From: Promethearchaeota archaeon
GTDB taxonomy: Archaea; Asgardarchaeota; Lokiarchaeia; Sigyniarchaeales; SOKP01
DNA length: 64,000 nucleotides
Direction: 5' to 3'
Assembly (NCBI GenBank): GCA_016839555.1
Contig: JAEOUA010000005.1
Span: forward strand, 96,595 to 160,594
Below are positions 10,644 through 21,650 of this stretch, one piece after another. Position 1 is the first letter of the stretch, and each line of letters starts with the position of its first letter. The notes beneath the pieces are model-generated. The model searched no databases. It saw only the letters and a list, made by a program, of their open reading frames with translations, and was not told the DNA's origin. Made by a program: the position numbers and the translations under genes.

Positions 10644-11627
10644 TTATTCTAATAATTTGCTAAAAATTAAAGGCAAAGATATAAGATCATAATAATTATG
10701 GTCAATACATTCTTTAATTAATCCAATATATCTGTGTGGGTCTTTTAAATATTTTTTATAACATAAGCCCACTAAATTACTTGGTAATTCATTATTTCTT
10801 TTCCAATTTAAAAGATTCTGCTCAATGGTGGTTAATTGATAGTTCTTAAATTGTCCCTTATATTGTCTAACAACATTATGATATAAATCTATATGTCCAT
10901 ATTTAGTATTAATGTCTTTATATGGAGTATTTTCTTCAGAAATCATTGGATTCTCATCAAAATAATATAAAAATCGATTTGCTAAATAAGGAATATCAAA
11001 ACTTTTTCCATTATAGCTTATAAAACATTTAAATTTGGGAAATATATTTTTCCGTAATTGTTCGCAGATAGCTATTTCTTCTTCTAATCCTCTGGCAAAA
11101 TATTGGATAATCCTATATTTTTTATTATGATAAAATCCAATACCTACAATTATAATAGGACTATCATATATCCCTAATGTTTCTATATCAATAAAAAGAA
11201 AATCATTAATCAAAAAACAAAATGAAGTGTCTATATCATACAAATATTTATTTTGAGAAAGTGCTCGAAAATCCTTTTTCTTTACCTGATTAATTATTTT
11301 TTTGGCAAATTTGCTATATTTTAAATGCGTTAATAAATCATAAAGAGAAGAAATTCCTCTATTATATAAATAATTTTCTTTATAATGCCCGATATAATAT
11401 ACCGTTTTTAGATTAGTTAATACATTCCTTTTAGTCTTTTTTAAATTAAAGTTACAAGAAGTAGTATCACATTTCCATGAAATTTCTAATAATTCTCCTA
11501 ACCCATTAGAAATGATTCTTTGATTTTCAAAAAGTTCTTCTAATTTTTTACCTTTATAATCCTCTATTATATCAGTTATATTAAAGCTATTAAAGTTTTG
11601 AAAGAATTCCAATTTATCAAAGGGCAT
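10644..11627 (-). CDS. RNase H-like (YprB/RNase_H_2) exonuclease-domain protein
   Basis: FIDIETLG, SYNGKSFDIPYL, HIDLY, HNYYDL. Confidence 0.8.
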   Translation of the reverse strand: MPFDKLEFFQNFNSFNITDIIEDYKGKKLEELFENQRIISNGLGELLEISWKCDTTSCNFNLKKTKRNVLTNLKTVYYIGHYKENYLYNRGISSLYDLLTHLKYSKFAKKIINQVKKKDFRALSQNKYLYDIDTSFCFLINDFLFIDIETLGIYDSPIIIVGIGFYHNKKYRIIQYFARGLEEEIAICEQLRKNIFPKFKCFISYNGKSFDIPYLANRFLYYFDENPMISEENTPYKDINTKYGHIDLYHNVVRQYKGQFKNYQLTTIEQNLLNWKRNNELPSNLVGLCYKKYLKDPHRYIGLIKECIDHNYYDLISLPLIFSKLLE

Positions 11628-11703
11628 TATTATAATTATATAAATCGTATTCTTTAATAAGTGCTTCTGTGTGGAGATTTATTATGAAATTAAAAAAAGA
11701 AGA

Positions 11704-13048
11704 TTATTCAAAAAAGAGATCAATTCTCGGGATCGCATCTTGTTTTTTATTAGAAGGTTTTGTTTTAAAAAGTCTCCGAGATTCACTATCTTCTAACACA
11801 TAGTTAGAACCTCCACCATGAATCATACAATATGGATCTAATAAGCCTATTTGGTTAGAATATTGGCGTATAAATCCCCGCCCACCTAAGGTTCTAAAAC
11901 AATGAATAGAACTTTCAAATGCTAATTCTGTTGTTTGGATTTTTAAACCCATTGTATTTGCAGCCATTACTTTAGAAGCTCCAAGTTCAGGACGATCATC
12001 TAATTCCCGCGCATATTGAATTAATGCAGCAATTAGTAAATTAAGTTGTCGAATATTTTCCGAAATAGGAAATCTAATTACTTGATATTTATGTAATCTC
12101 CTGTCAAATTGCTCTCTATTTATGGCCCATGTATGAGAAAATAAGAGTTTTTTCATGGTATCTCCAAGAGCTTCCGCACTTATTATAAGTCTCTCTTCCG
12201 TTAATTGATGAAACATTATATCTAGACCATTTCCTTGAAGTAAATTTGCTTTTGGAACTTTCACCCGATCGAAAATTAATCGACTTACAAATGCATCTCT
12301 CATACCATAAGTATAAACTCTAGCAGCCCGAAAATTATTTAAGTGTTGATTTTTTGTATCTATAATTACCGCACCTAGTTGTCCATTATTTAATCTGCCA
12401 TACACTATTATATAATTCGCAATCATTCCATTAGTAATAAAAACTTTTTTGCCCTTTATTACCACTTCATCATCTTCTTCGATAAGCCGGTTTTCCATAC
12501 TAAAAATATCACTTCCTGCATTGAATTCAGTCATAGCGGATGCAGCTATTTTTCCATCAACAGCGACAGGTTTTAAAAACTGTTCTCTCTGATATTGATT
12601 GGCTTTATAATCTACGGGATTGCAATATAAGGTACCCCCGGCAAGACGACCCATTTCTATGCTCCAATTTCCCGCGATGTATCGTTCTGAATACTCTGAC
12701 CATCGACCACCACATAACGCATAAGCTATTAGTGCATTTCTCATTATTCGACCGATTTCATAATCATCATCTTCTTGCATAATCGTAGAATAATAGCCAT
12801 GATCAGAAAGTTTTTTCATGATCTTTATAACCAGCTGTTTTTTTTTTCTCTTCTATTGGCTCTTCCAGTAAGTAATTTAATTCTTCTAATGCTCTTAAAT
12901 CCTCATCTAATTCTTCTTCCAAGAATTCATAAAAAGCAGCTAGAAATTCTTTTTCATTTGATTTAAGTAAGGGATTATTCAATAAATCCAATTCGGGAAC
13001 ATAGCGCTGTATTCGGATTGGTCTAAACTCGGTGAGTCTGCTGTCCAT
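11704..13048 (-). CDS. Acyl-CoA dehydrogenase interrupted by a +1 frameshift in an A10 run (two ORFs, 12803-13048 and 11704-12819)
   Basis: AMTEFNAGSD, KGKKVFITNG, REQFD, LGGRGF. Removing one base from T10 at 12838-12847 joins EEKKK to QLVIKIMKKLSD. Confidence 0.8.
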
Positions 13049-13210
13049 TTTTATTAATATACCTTTTCCTTTTTAATAGTATTTCTAATCTACACTATAA
13101 TAAAAATAGATAAAAGCAATTATTTATTTCTATTTTTTTTTTAAAACCATTAGAATTTTCTCTTTGAGAATAATTCTCTTATTGAAATTTTGTTAAATTA
13201 AAAAAAAAAA

Positions 13211-13810
13211 TTAGAAAGTAAAACCCGCAGGTAATTCTGACTCTTTTGTACCCTCAGTTACAAATCTAAGATCTGTTATAGTATAAGTAGGATTTTTTGT
13301 ATTAAATATTGGGATTATATGCTTACCAATTTCAGGATCCCCAACTGCTAATACACTCATAAGAATTGTTACCACACCTTCGAATTCTACATTGATAAAT
13401 TTTATGGGGAGTGGTAACGTATTAAAAGCACCTGAGCGATGAGTAATAATAAATGAGTGAATCTTAGCAGTTTTTTTAGCAATATCTGTTAAATCTATCA
13501 CTGTCGTTTTTCTCAAACAATCGGGGCAATAAATTCTAAATGGTTCAAAAATAGATCCTTTTGCACCACACTTTTCATTATCACATCGGGTTGCCATTAA
13601 TTTCCCTTTTGAAAGTGATTCAAAAAAGATTGCTTCACCACCATAAGAATGTATATAAGTCATATCTCTTGGATTAGTTACACCAGCTAGTTTTCCCGTA
13701 TCCTTATTAAAAATGGGTTGATTCTTTTCAATAATATGAAACTTTCCTCTAGGTTTATAATTACCATTGATAATCTCAACAAATCCTTTTTCATTTTCAG
13801 TTTTTGGCAT
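13211..13810 (-). CDS. DUF35-type Zn-ribbon/OB-fold thiolase partner
   Basis: CDNEKC...CPDC plus OB fold; 2 bp downstream of a thiolase-fold gene. Confidence 0.8.
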   Translation of the reverse strand: MPKTENEKGFVEIINGNYKPRGKFHIIEKNQPIFNKDTGKLAGVTNPRDMTYIHSYGGEAIFFESLSKGKLMATRCDNEKCGAKGSIFEPFRIYCPDCLRKTTVIDLTDIAKKTAKIHSFIITHRSGAFNTLPLPIKFINVEFEGVVTILMSVLAVGDPEIGKHIIPIFNTKNPTYTITDLRFVTEGTKESELPAGFTF

Positions 13811-13812
13811 CT

Positions 13813-15234
13813 TTAATCCTCCTTTATTAAATTATTTGGGTTCATTAATATTGTGCATGTAACATGAGAGCCGACACCAGCATGACTTATCGCAAGACCA
13901 CGTTTGGCTCCTTTCACTTGTAAGCTTGTCCAATCTTTTGGCTTTTCTCTTCCAAAATCATCCCATTTCTCTTTTGGTTCATGTATTTCATCCCACCTAT
14001 TCCAAATATGGTAACCTATTTCAGCAATCTGCATTAAGCCTGTTGCTCCAACTGCATGCATACATCCGATTAATCCACCAGAAGGATTGCTTGGTAATGC
14101 ACCTGGTTTATTTGTATTTGGATTAATGACATAAGCATCTCCAGATTCTATATAGTCTCGCCCTTCACCATAGGGTCTAATTCCAATGTCTTCATAAGTC
14201 TGAATATCGCTAATAGTAAAGGCATCATGTAACTCAACCACATCAAGATCTTCTGTTGGATCGACAACACCAGCCATATGGTAAGCATAATAAGCGGCAA
14301 TTCTTGCAGCGAGAAAGCTGGTGAATCCCGGGTATCTATCTCCACCAGGGAATCTTTTGCCTAAGTCATCATATTGACCTGGTTTTTCATTTGGAAGTAG
14401 TGGAATACTCATATCTCTTCTGTCTGCTACTCTTAATGTATGGCTGCCAGCACCAATAAAAATTCTTAATGGTTTATCGGTAATCTCATAAGCTGTTTTT
14501 TCATCACATACAATACCACAAGCGGCACCCACACTCATTAAACAACAATCTAAAACACGAAGAGGATGAGCAACAATTGGAGAGTTTAATACATCTTCTA
14601 CCGTAATTTTCATTGGACCATGGGCATGAGGATTCATTCTCGCATATCCTCTGTTTTTTACTGCAACTTCCGCCATGGTGTTTCGGAATGAAGGTTCCTC
14701 TTTTCCGAATATTTTCCAATATCTTTGAGCCATTACTGCATAATAACCCGTATAAATATGACCTAATGGGGTTTCCCAATCTTTGTCTGCTGCTGACGCT
14801 ATGAGATGATTACCCTCATCAGTCGGCACTTCATCCATTCTTTCCCATCCTAACGCCAGAGCACAGTCACTATATCCTGAAGCTATAGCTTTTACAGCTT
14901 CCCACATAGCAGACCCTCCTGTTGCACCACCCGTTTTTACGCCTATATTTCCTAAAGGATCTAGACCAAGTCTATCATGAATTAATGCTTCTCCAAGCAA
15001 TTGATCACCGAAATGATCGGCAAAGTGCCCATAGTAACATGTATGTATATATTGTTTCAACTCCGCCGGAGTCATGTTAACAAAATCAGCTGCAGCAGTG
15101 AAAGCTTGAATACATAACTCCTCTGTTCTTGTCTCTGGAAATGCTCTATCAAATTTGGACATACCAGCGGTTACTAAATAGACCGGTCGCATTAATTTTG
15201 GAATTTTTAATTGTTTATCTGAAAATTTAATCAT
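13813..15234 (-). CDS. SCP2-type thiolase-fold protein lacking the canonical N-terminal Cys
   Basis: VKTGGATGG, LDCC, ELHDAF, NPSGGL...HAVGATG. Confidence 0.85.
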   Translation of the reverse strand: MIKFSDKQLKIPKLMRPVYLVTAGMSKFDRAFPETRTEELCIQAFTAAADFVNMTPAELKQYIHTCYYGHFADHFGDQLLGEALIHDRLGLDPLGNIGVKTGGATGGSAMWEAVKAIASGYSDCALALGWERMDEVPTDEGNHLIASAADKDWETPLGHIYTGYYAVMAQRYWKIFGKEEPSFRNTMAEVAVKNRGYARMNPHAHGPMKITVEDVLNSPIVAHPLRVLDCCLMSVGAACGIVCDEKTAYEITDKPLRIFIGAGSHTLRVADRRDMSIPLLPNEKPGQYDDLGKRFPGGDRYPGFTSFLAARIAAYYAYHMAGVVDPTEDLDVVELHDAFTISDIQTYEDIGIRPYGEGRDYIESGDAYVINPNTNKPGALPSNPSGGLIGCMHAVGATGLMQIAEIGYHIWNRWDEIHEPKEKWDDFGREKPKDWTSLQVKGAKRGLAISHAGVGSHVTCTILMNPNNLIKED

Positions 15235-15475
15235 TTTTTATCACAGTATATTTTTAATTATATTTTTATTAAATATTTAAAATTTAAAAATTTATAAATT
15301 AGATATTTAAGATTAAAATAATCAAAGATTCTAATGCTTTAAAGAATTATTTATCTGGAGAAATAAGGAAGGGAATAAAGTTTAAGAATTTATAACATAT
15401 GATTAAAATTTATTATAAATCGGAATAGGTTTCAGAAGTTTCCGAACAGAATTGGGTTTAAGTCCCTGCGTCCGG

Positions 15476-15619
15476 AATAATTTGGCTCTATTGGGTTTTA
15501 TCAATTCCAAGAATATAGAAAAAGATTATACGAGTTTAAGAGTGAGAGCAGTATTTAGACCCATGGATCAACGTGAAGGTACCTTAAAGGATATTATACA
15601 CTGGGAAATAATATCCTAA
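15476..15619 (+). pseudogene. 3' remnant of a DUF35 OB-fold gene
   Basis: Translates ...NLALLGFINSKNIEKDYTSLRVRAVFRPMDQREGTLKDIIHWEIIS*, matching the RV(R/K)AVF..REG..D C-termini of the DUF35 paralogs in this window. No start or Zn ribbon. Confidence 0.7.
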
Positions 15620-15867
15620 ATAATAATTTAAACTAATTTTTTATTTTTTTCTATAATTTTTGTATGGATTTCTATTAGTAAAACCATTCGATTAATCTAA
15701 AAAAGAATATATTTGTCTATTTTATGGTGGATTAATGATTTTGCATGAAAAACCTTTCTCTTTTTATTTAATTTCAACTTTTTTTGAAAAATACTGCAAC
15801 CTTTAAAAATAAGTATAACATAGTTATTAATTAAAACAATAAATTGAATTTATAAAAGTGATAATTT

Positions 15868-17571
15868 ATGAGTCAAGAGAGATTTTGGACGAAGTCTTAT
15901 GATTCTCATGTTCCTAAGACCCTCGATTATCCAAAGGATGATTTAGGTACCATTTTAAGTAGATCTATGAAAAAATTTGGTGATAGAGTTGGTTTTTACT
16001 TCATGGATTATGAAATTCTTTTTAAAGATGTACTTAAAAACTCTCAAATATTTGCCACCTTTTTGCAAAAACATGGCTTGAAGAAGGGGGATGTCGTTGC
16101 TATCAATATTCCTAATACTCCGCAATATCTATTTGCTCTGTATGGCACGCTCATTGCAGGGGGAACATCCACGGGATTATCTCCTCTTTTAAGTCCTGTA
16201 GAAATGGCCTATCAATTAAATGATTGTAAGGCAAAATTTGTGGTGACGATGGATATTCTCTATGAAAAGGTTTTTTCAAAGTTTTTAGATAAAGTGCCTA
16301 GTCTAAAAGTCATAGTTCCCACAAACATATCGGAATACATGGGATTCTCAGGCTTTAAAGTTTTTATGGGAAAGTTAATCGGGAAAATTCCTAAGGGAAA
16401 AATGGGACCGTGGCCCGGCAAAACGGTGGTGCCCTTTTTAGAGGCAATGGAAACTCCTATCGATGTAAAGAAGGTAAAAATCGATGCTGAAAAAGATTTA
16501 GCTCTTATCCAATATACGGGCGGAACTACTGGAAGACCTAAAGGCACAGAAATTACCCATTTTAATTTAGCCGCAAATATGCACCAGTTTTATGCATGGC
16601 TTGATAGGGTAGATGGAACCGATATTACACTCAGTGCCTTTCCGTATTTTCATATAGCAGGGCTATTTATTGCGTTATATTTAACCTTTATTGGCTCAAC
16701 TCATGTAATAATTGCCAATCCCAGAGATACAGATCACATCATTAAGGAGATAGTCGACAAAAAAATCACGGTGTTTGGAAATGTGCCCACGCTATTTTTA
16801 ATGGTTCAGAGAAATCCTAAATCAAAAGATATTCCCGATGAAACCCTAAATAACATCACATTATGGGTTAGTGGGGCGGCGCCATTCCCGGCAGAAGCAG
16901 TAAGAGACTTTGAAAAGGAGTTCCATACGGAGAATAAGTTCGTAGAGGTTTATGGAATGACTGAATCGGCTGTCCTCGCGACAGTTAATCCTGCTAAGGG
17001 TGAGAAAAAGATTGGCAAAGTCGGTTTACCTCTGCCTGATACAGATGTGAAGATTGTAGATGTAGAAACCGGAGAAGAACTCCCAATTGGGCAACCAGGA
17101 GAAATATTATTAAAAGGACCTCAAGTGACCAAACGCTATTATAACAAACCAGAAGCAACTGCTAAGACTTATATAGAAGGCTGGCTTCATACGGGAGATG
17201 TGGGTGTTTTTGATGAGGACGGCTATTTAACCATTGTAGATAGAACTAAGGATATGCTCAGCGTGAGTGGATTCAAAGTTTACTCTGTCCATGTTGAGGA
17301 TGTATTAACTAAACATCCCGATATTCAACTTTGTGCCATAATTGGAGTTCCAAATCCTGATCGACCTGGAGCAGAAATCGTGAAAGCTATTATACAATTA
17401 AAAGAAGCAATTGAGCCTGATGATAAGACAAAAGCCTCTATTGAAAAATATGCTGAAGAAAATTTAGCAAAATATGAGATTCCAAAAATCTGGCAATTCT
17501 CAGAAGAGTTGCCAACTACCATGATCGGCAAAGTTTTAAAAAGAGCACTGCGAGAAGAAGAGAAGAAATAG
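15868..17571 (+). CDS. Long-chain acyl-CoA synthetase (AMP-forming)
   Basis: YTGGTTGRPKG, YGMTE, HTGD, GKVLKR. Confidence 0.92.
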   Translation: MSQERFWTKSYDSHVPKTLDYPKDDLGTILSRSMKKFGDRVGFYFMDYEILFKDVLKNSQIFATFLQKHGLKKGDVVAINIPNTPQYLFALYGTLIAGGTSTGLSPLLSPVEMAYQLNDCKAKFVVTMDILYEKVFSKFLDKVPSLKVIVPTNISEYMGFSGFKVFMGKLIGKIPKGKMGPWPGKTVVPFLEAMETPIDVKKVKIDAEKDLALIQYTGGTTGRPKGTEITHFNLAANMHQFYAWLDRVDGTDITLSAFPYFHIAGLFIALYLTFIGSTHVIIANPRDTDHIIKEIVDKKITVFGNVPTLFLMVQRNPKSKDIPDETLNNITLWVSGAAPFPAEAVRDFEKEFHTENKFVEVYGMTESAVLATVNPAKGEKKIGKVGLPLPDTDVKIVDVETGEELPIGQPGEILLKGPQVTKRYYNKPEATAKTYIEGWLHTGDVGVFDEDGYLTIVDRTKDMLSVSGFKVYSVHVEDVLTKHPDIQLCAIIGVPNPDRPGAEIVKAIIQLKEAIEPDDKTKASIEKYAEENLAKYEIPKIWQFSEELPTTMIGKVLKRALREEEKK

Positions 17572-17711
17572 TTTAAAAATCAATTTTTTTTAGTTTTCTT
17601 TTTATAAATTTCATTAAGATTTCAAATATTAATACTTAAAAAAAAACCTTATTTAGTTACTTTAAATATAAGCCTTATTAAGATTAACTTATAACCAAAA
17701 ATTCTTTTAAT

Positions 17712-17866
17712 TTATTTATATATTTTTGTAGAAATCTGAACTCCTCGATTTTCTAATATTTTAATTGGTTGGAGATACTCCATAATTTTATTATAACTTA
17801 AATTAATTTCTTCAAAAGAAATTATCTTGTTATAATTTTGGGAAACACTTCTAGAAGATTCATCAT
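17712..17866 (-). pseudogene. Frameshifted C-terminal remnant of a leucine-rich-repeat gene
   Basis: NLLEVFPKIITR / SFEEINLSYNKI...IKILENRGVQI in two frames; fits the LRR consensus. Confidence 0.5.
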
Positions 17867-18049
17867 TGCTTCTTTATAAATAAGTAATTAATTCTAATTG
17901 AATGATTTAACTTAATATTAATACTAATTAAATGATAAAATAATATTTATATTCTAAAAGGGATAAATGGATAGAAATTGACTGGTGTTTGATGATAAAA
18001 CTCCATGATATAATTAAAGTCGAATGATATATCTATTAGAAAAAACAAT

Positions 18050-20002
18050 TTAACAATTCCTAATAAGTGTAATTATTTTTTCTAATTTAGTAAGCCATTC
18101 CATATGGTTTTTTTCACTTATCTTTAGTTCTTGGGCAGTGGATTGTTTAAGAGTATTGAGTTTTGGCATGAATCTATCTAATAATTCATCAACCGTTTCA
18201 GTCTCATTCTTACTAAAAAGTATTCTACCAAGATCTTCTAATAATTCGATTGAAGCTGTATAAATCGGATTATGCTTTTTATTTTCGGACATGAGTGAAT
18301 TATCAATAAAGTCACCTAAGAAACATATGCATAGTTTAAGATTTGTAATCTTTATATTTGGATCGCTAAGTTTATAAAACTCTCTTCCTTTTAAATTCAC
18401 CTTTCCGATAATATTATATGGTTCTAAAAAATTAATTAATCCTTTTTGAACCTTTGTCATGTAATCATACACCAAAGGATTATCAGAATATTCATACATA
18501 TCTGCAACCGGTAAATTTAGAATCTCATAATAATAAAGAGCAAGATCCAGCACTTCATTATCTCCATAAATATAATATCCAATCGCATTAAAAAGGTGCC
18601 AATAAAGTTCCATAAATCTTTTGAATTTCTCATTTTCATCCTTTTTATTATTAAGAATAGTTACAAGAGTGCATAAATTCAATATAAATTCTTCTCCCAC
18701 TTTAAACAATAATAATTCTTTTTTTTGTTTAGCTTTAGAAGATCTAAATTCTGGTTTAAGTAATTTTTCATCTATCATGACATATGGCGAATATAATTTC
18801 ATTTTTAAAAAGATATGATCGAGGAATTCTTTTATGCCAGTAAGATCAGATTCATTTATATTTAATTCATCAGCGCTCTTCTCTTTTAAATCAGAATACT
18901 TATATGCTAATGGCTGAATTTCTGGAGTAGTAATATTGGATAGAGTTTTAGTCTTATGCTTTGTATATAACCCTTTTCCAAGGAGATCAACAATTTCCAT
19001 CATGACTTGATATAAAGGATTTGTTTTTGAGACTTCCATGTTTTTAATCATTGCTCCTAATGAGTGCATTATTTCTTTTAACTCTTGTTTTGGAGTAGAT
19101 AGTTCTTTAAAATCTATTGTTTTCTCCAAGGATTCCTTAACATCTCCTAAAGAATTAAATTCTTTTAGAAGATCATATAATTCCAGACATTTATTATTAA
19201 TATAATTCATTGAGGGGAGATATAAAACAGCTTCATCATTCTGTAATGTTATTTTAAATTTAATGTAATAGGGAAAAATATTCTTAATATTCTTATCACC
19301 TTCATCCCCATATATATAGAATCCAAGAGAATCTTTAAGATTATTAGCTAATTGCTCCAAATTATCAAGATTTTTCTGAATTTTTGCTCCTGGAAATCTT
19401 TCGTACTCAAAATGAATTTGATAGATGAAATCGCAAACATTAAGGAATTGTTCTTTAAATCTTTCTATTTTACTCTCATCGTTAAAATCCTTGAGATCTT
19501 CAAATTTTTCTAACTGTGTTAATACACTTTTTTTATTTATTTGGGCAACTTGATTGGTTGGATCTTCTTTTAGAGCTTTATTGAAGCTATTAAGAGCTTC
19601 ATTGAACTTTTTTTCATTCATTAAAAGAACTCCTTCTAAAGTTAGGGCACCCACATGTTTTGGATCAATATTCAAACATTTCTTTACTATTTGTTTTGCC
19701 TCATCAAATTTAAATAGCTTTTTGAACATGAGAGCTTTATTATATAAGCTATTAATCTCTTCTGGTTTTAATTTCAATGCTTTTTCGATCCATTCGAGGG
19801 CCTCTTCATATTTTCCTTGCATGCCTTTTATTGAACCTATTATTGAATAAGGATTAAAATAATTAGGATCCAAATCTATTGATTTTTTCATTTCTATGAG
19901 GGCAGAGTCATGATTACCTGAAACTAAAAATTGCATTCCCTTTTTATAATGAATATCTGGAGGTTCATCTCCCTTATAATTATTAGATATTGAATTATTC
20001 AT
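18050..20002 (-). CDS. TPR protein with a tandemly duplicated unknown C-terminal domain
   Basis: About 4 N-terminal TPRs, then two similar ~200-aa units (GFYIYGDE / GYYIYGDN). Confidence 0.8.
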   Translation of the reverse strand: MNNSISNNYKGDEPPDIHYKKGMQFLVSGNHDSALIEMKKSIDLDPNYFNPYSIIGSIKGMQGKYEEALEWIEKALKLKPEEINSLYNKALMFKKLFKFDEAKQIVKKCLNIDPKHVGALTLEGVLLMNEKKFNEALNSFNKALKEDPTNQVAQINKKSVLTQLEKFEDLKDFNDESKIERFKEQFLNVCDFIYQIHFEYERFPGAKIQKNLDNLEQLANNLKDSLGFYIYGDEGDKNIKNIFPYYIKFKITLQNDEAVLYLPSMNYINNKCLELYDLLKEFNSLGDVKESLEKTIDFKELSTPKQELKEIMHSLGAMIKNMEVSKTNPLYQVMMEIVDLLGKGLYTKHKTKTLSNITTPEIQPLAYKYSDLKEKSADELNINESDLTGIKEFLDHIFLKMKLYSPYVMIDEKLLKPEFRSSKAKQKKELLLFKVGEEFILNLCTLVTILNNKKDENEKFKRFMELYWHLFNAIGYYIYGDNEVLDLALYYYEILNLPVADMYEYSDNPLVYDYMTKVQKGLINFLEPYNIIGKVNLKGREFYKLSDPNIKITNLKLCICFLGDFIDNSLMSENKKHNPIYTASIELLEDLGRILFSKNETETVDELLDRFMPKLNTLKQSTAQELKISEKNHMEWLTKLEKIITLIRNC

Positions 20003-20605
20003 TTTCTATGAATTATTTACTTTTTTATATTTATGATGATGACTTTTTATAGTCTGATTTCACATTAATACTTTTGGGATATCAAATTCATGCTCCGGTA
20101 ATAAGACAAGGTATAATAAACTGGGTTACACAATATATATATATAAATAAATAAGTTTTTTATAACGTTTTGTGCTTAATATAGAGAGATTTAAAGCATA
20201 TTTGAGACTAATGTCTTGTTTTGGTTTGCCAGGTTTAGAATATTGTGCATTTTATTAATCTTATACTGTCAGATTAACCTTCTAGGTAACCCATCGTATG
20301 TCTGTGGCTTATTTTCATTGAATATTATATATATCTCCACAATATATACTAGTAAATTAAAAAATATCATTTTTCTAGTATTTTAGCGTAAATTAAAGGT
20401 AGAGATACAAGATTCTCATAATTATGATCGATAAACTTTTTTATTAACCGATATATCTATAAGGGTTAAATATTTCCTATAACGAGTTCTTCATGAAGAA
20501 GAGCAAAAATAATAGAAAACCTATACTTTTTTATTTTTCTTATATTATTTATTTTAATTTGTAATCAAATCATTCTTATTCTTAAAAATTAGTGAAAATA
20601 ATAAA

Positions 20606-21421
20606 ATGAGTATTGAAGACTTTGAAGATATCATTTATGAAAAGGAAGAGAATGGCATTTGCACAGCGATTATCTCTAAACCAGAAGCAAGAAACGCCGT
20701 GACCTATATCAGTTTTATAGAAATCTATAAAGTATTAGAAGATATGGAAGCAGATAAGAACGCGAAAGTTCTCATCATTACTGGTGATCCTAAAGGAAAT
20801 GCGTTTACTTCTGGGGGTTATTTCAAGCCAGAAATGTTTAAAAAAATGAGGAAATATCCTGAAATTGATCTTATGGATATAGCTCAAAAAAAGTTAACGC
20901 TTAAGTTTTGGGATTTCGAAAAACCGGTCATCATGGCAATTAATGGGATGGCAATTGGTGGTGGACTTACTATGCCTTTATCATGTGGCGATTTAATCTA
21001 TATGTCTGAGGATGCGTGGTTTGGTCCATATTTTGTTAAAAGGGGGATCATTCCAGAATTTTCAAGTTGTTTTCTATTACCATTCTATCTCGGGTTTCAA
21101 AAAGCGAAAGAAATCGTGTATTTTGGAAATAAAATAACAGCGCAAGAAGCATATGAGCTTGGATTAGTTAATAAAGTGCTTCCATCAGATGAATTGATTC
21201 CATTTGCAAGAGAACAAGCCTTAAACCTTATTCCCCCTAAAGCACCTTCTTTATCCATAAAACTAATGAAGAAAACCATGCATAGTTATTTTAGAGAAAT
21301 CTTATCAAAAACACTCGATTTAGAAAATAGAGCACTAAGGAAAACCTTCGCGTCAAAAGACTTCAAGGAATCAATGCAGGCCCTCAAGGAAAAGAGAGAT
21401 CCGTTCTTTATGGGGAAATAA
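20606..21421 (+). CDS. Enoyl-CoA hydratase/isomerase family protein
   Basis: PEARNA, KPVIMAINGMAIGGG, RGIIPE, AYELGLVNKV. Confidence 0.9.
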   Translation: MSIEDFEDIIYEKEENGICTAIISKPEARNAVTYISFIEIYKVLEDMEADKNAKVLIITGDPKGNAFTSGGYFKPEMFKKMRKYPEIDLMDIAQKKLTLKFWDFEKPVIMAINGMAIGGGLTMPLSCGDLIYMSEDAWFGPYFVKRGIIPEFSSCFLLPFYLGFQKAKEIVYFGNKITAQEAYELGLVNKVLPSDELIPFAREQALNLIPPKAPSLSIKLMKKTMHSYFREILSKTLDLENRALRKTFASKDFKESMQALKEKRDPFFMGK

Positions 21422-21650
21422 ATATATATTATGTATGTTCTAAATTGTTTATGTTTTTCTGCCAATTAGAAATAAAAAACTTGTTATTAATTAATAAATT
21501 TTCTGATACTTACACTCAACAGGGTATAAATATTAAGGATCTCAGTATTCCTCAAAAAAATAAAACAAAAAATATTCTAAGAAAAGAAATTTTTAAATAA
21601 AAGATGATAATTTTATTAATTAATCCAATTATGATTTTGAGGTTCTATCA

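Noticed and set aside
12803-12850. ACAD split as an intron
   Set aside because: Fully explained by one base in an A10 run; no structured insert
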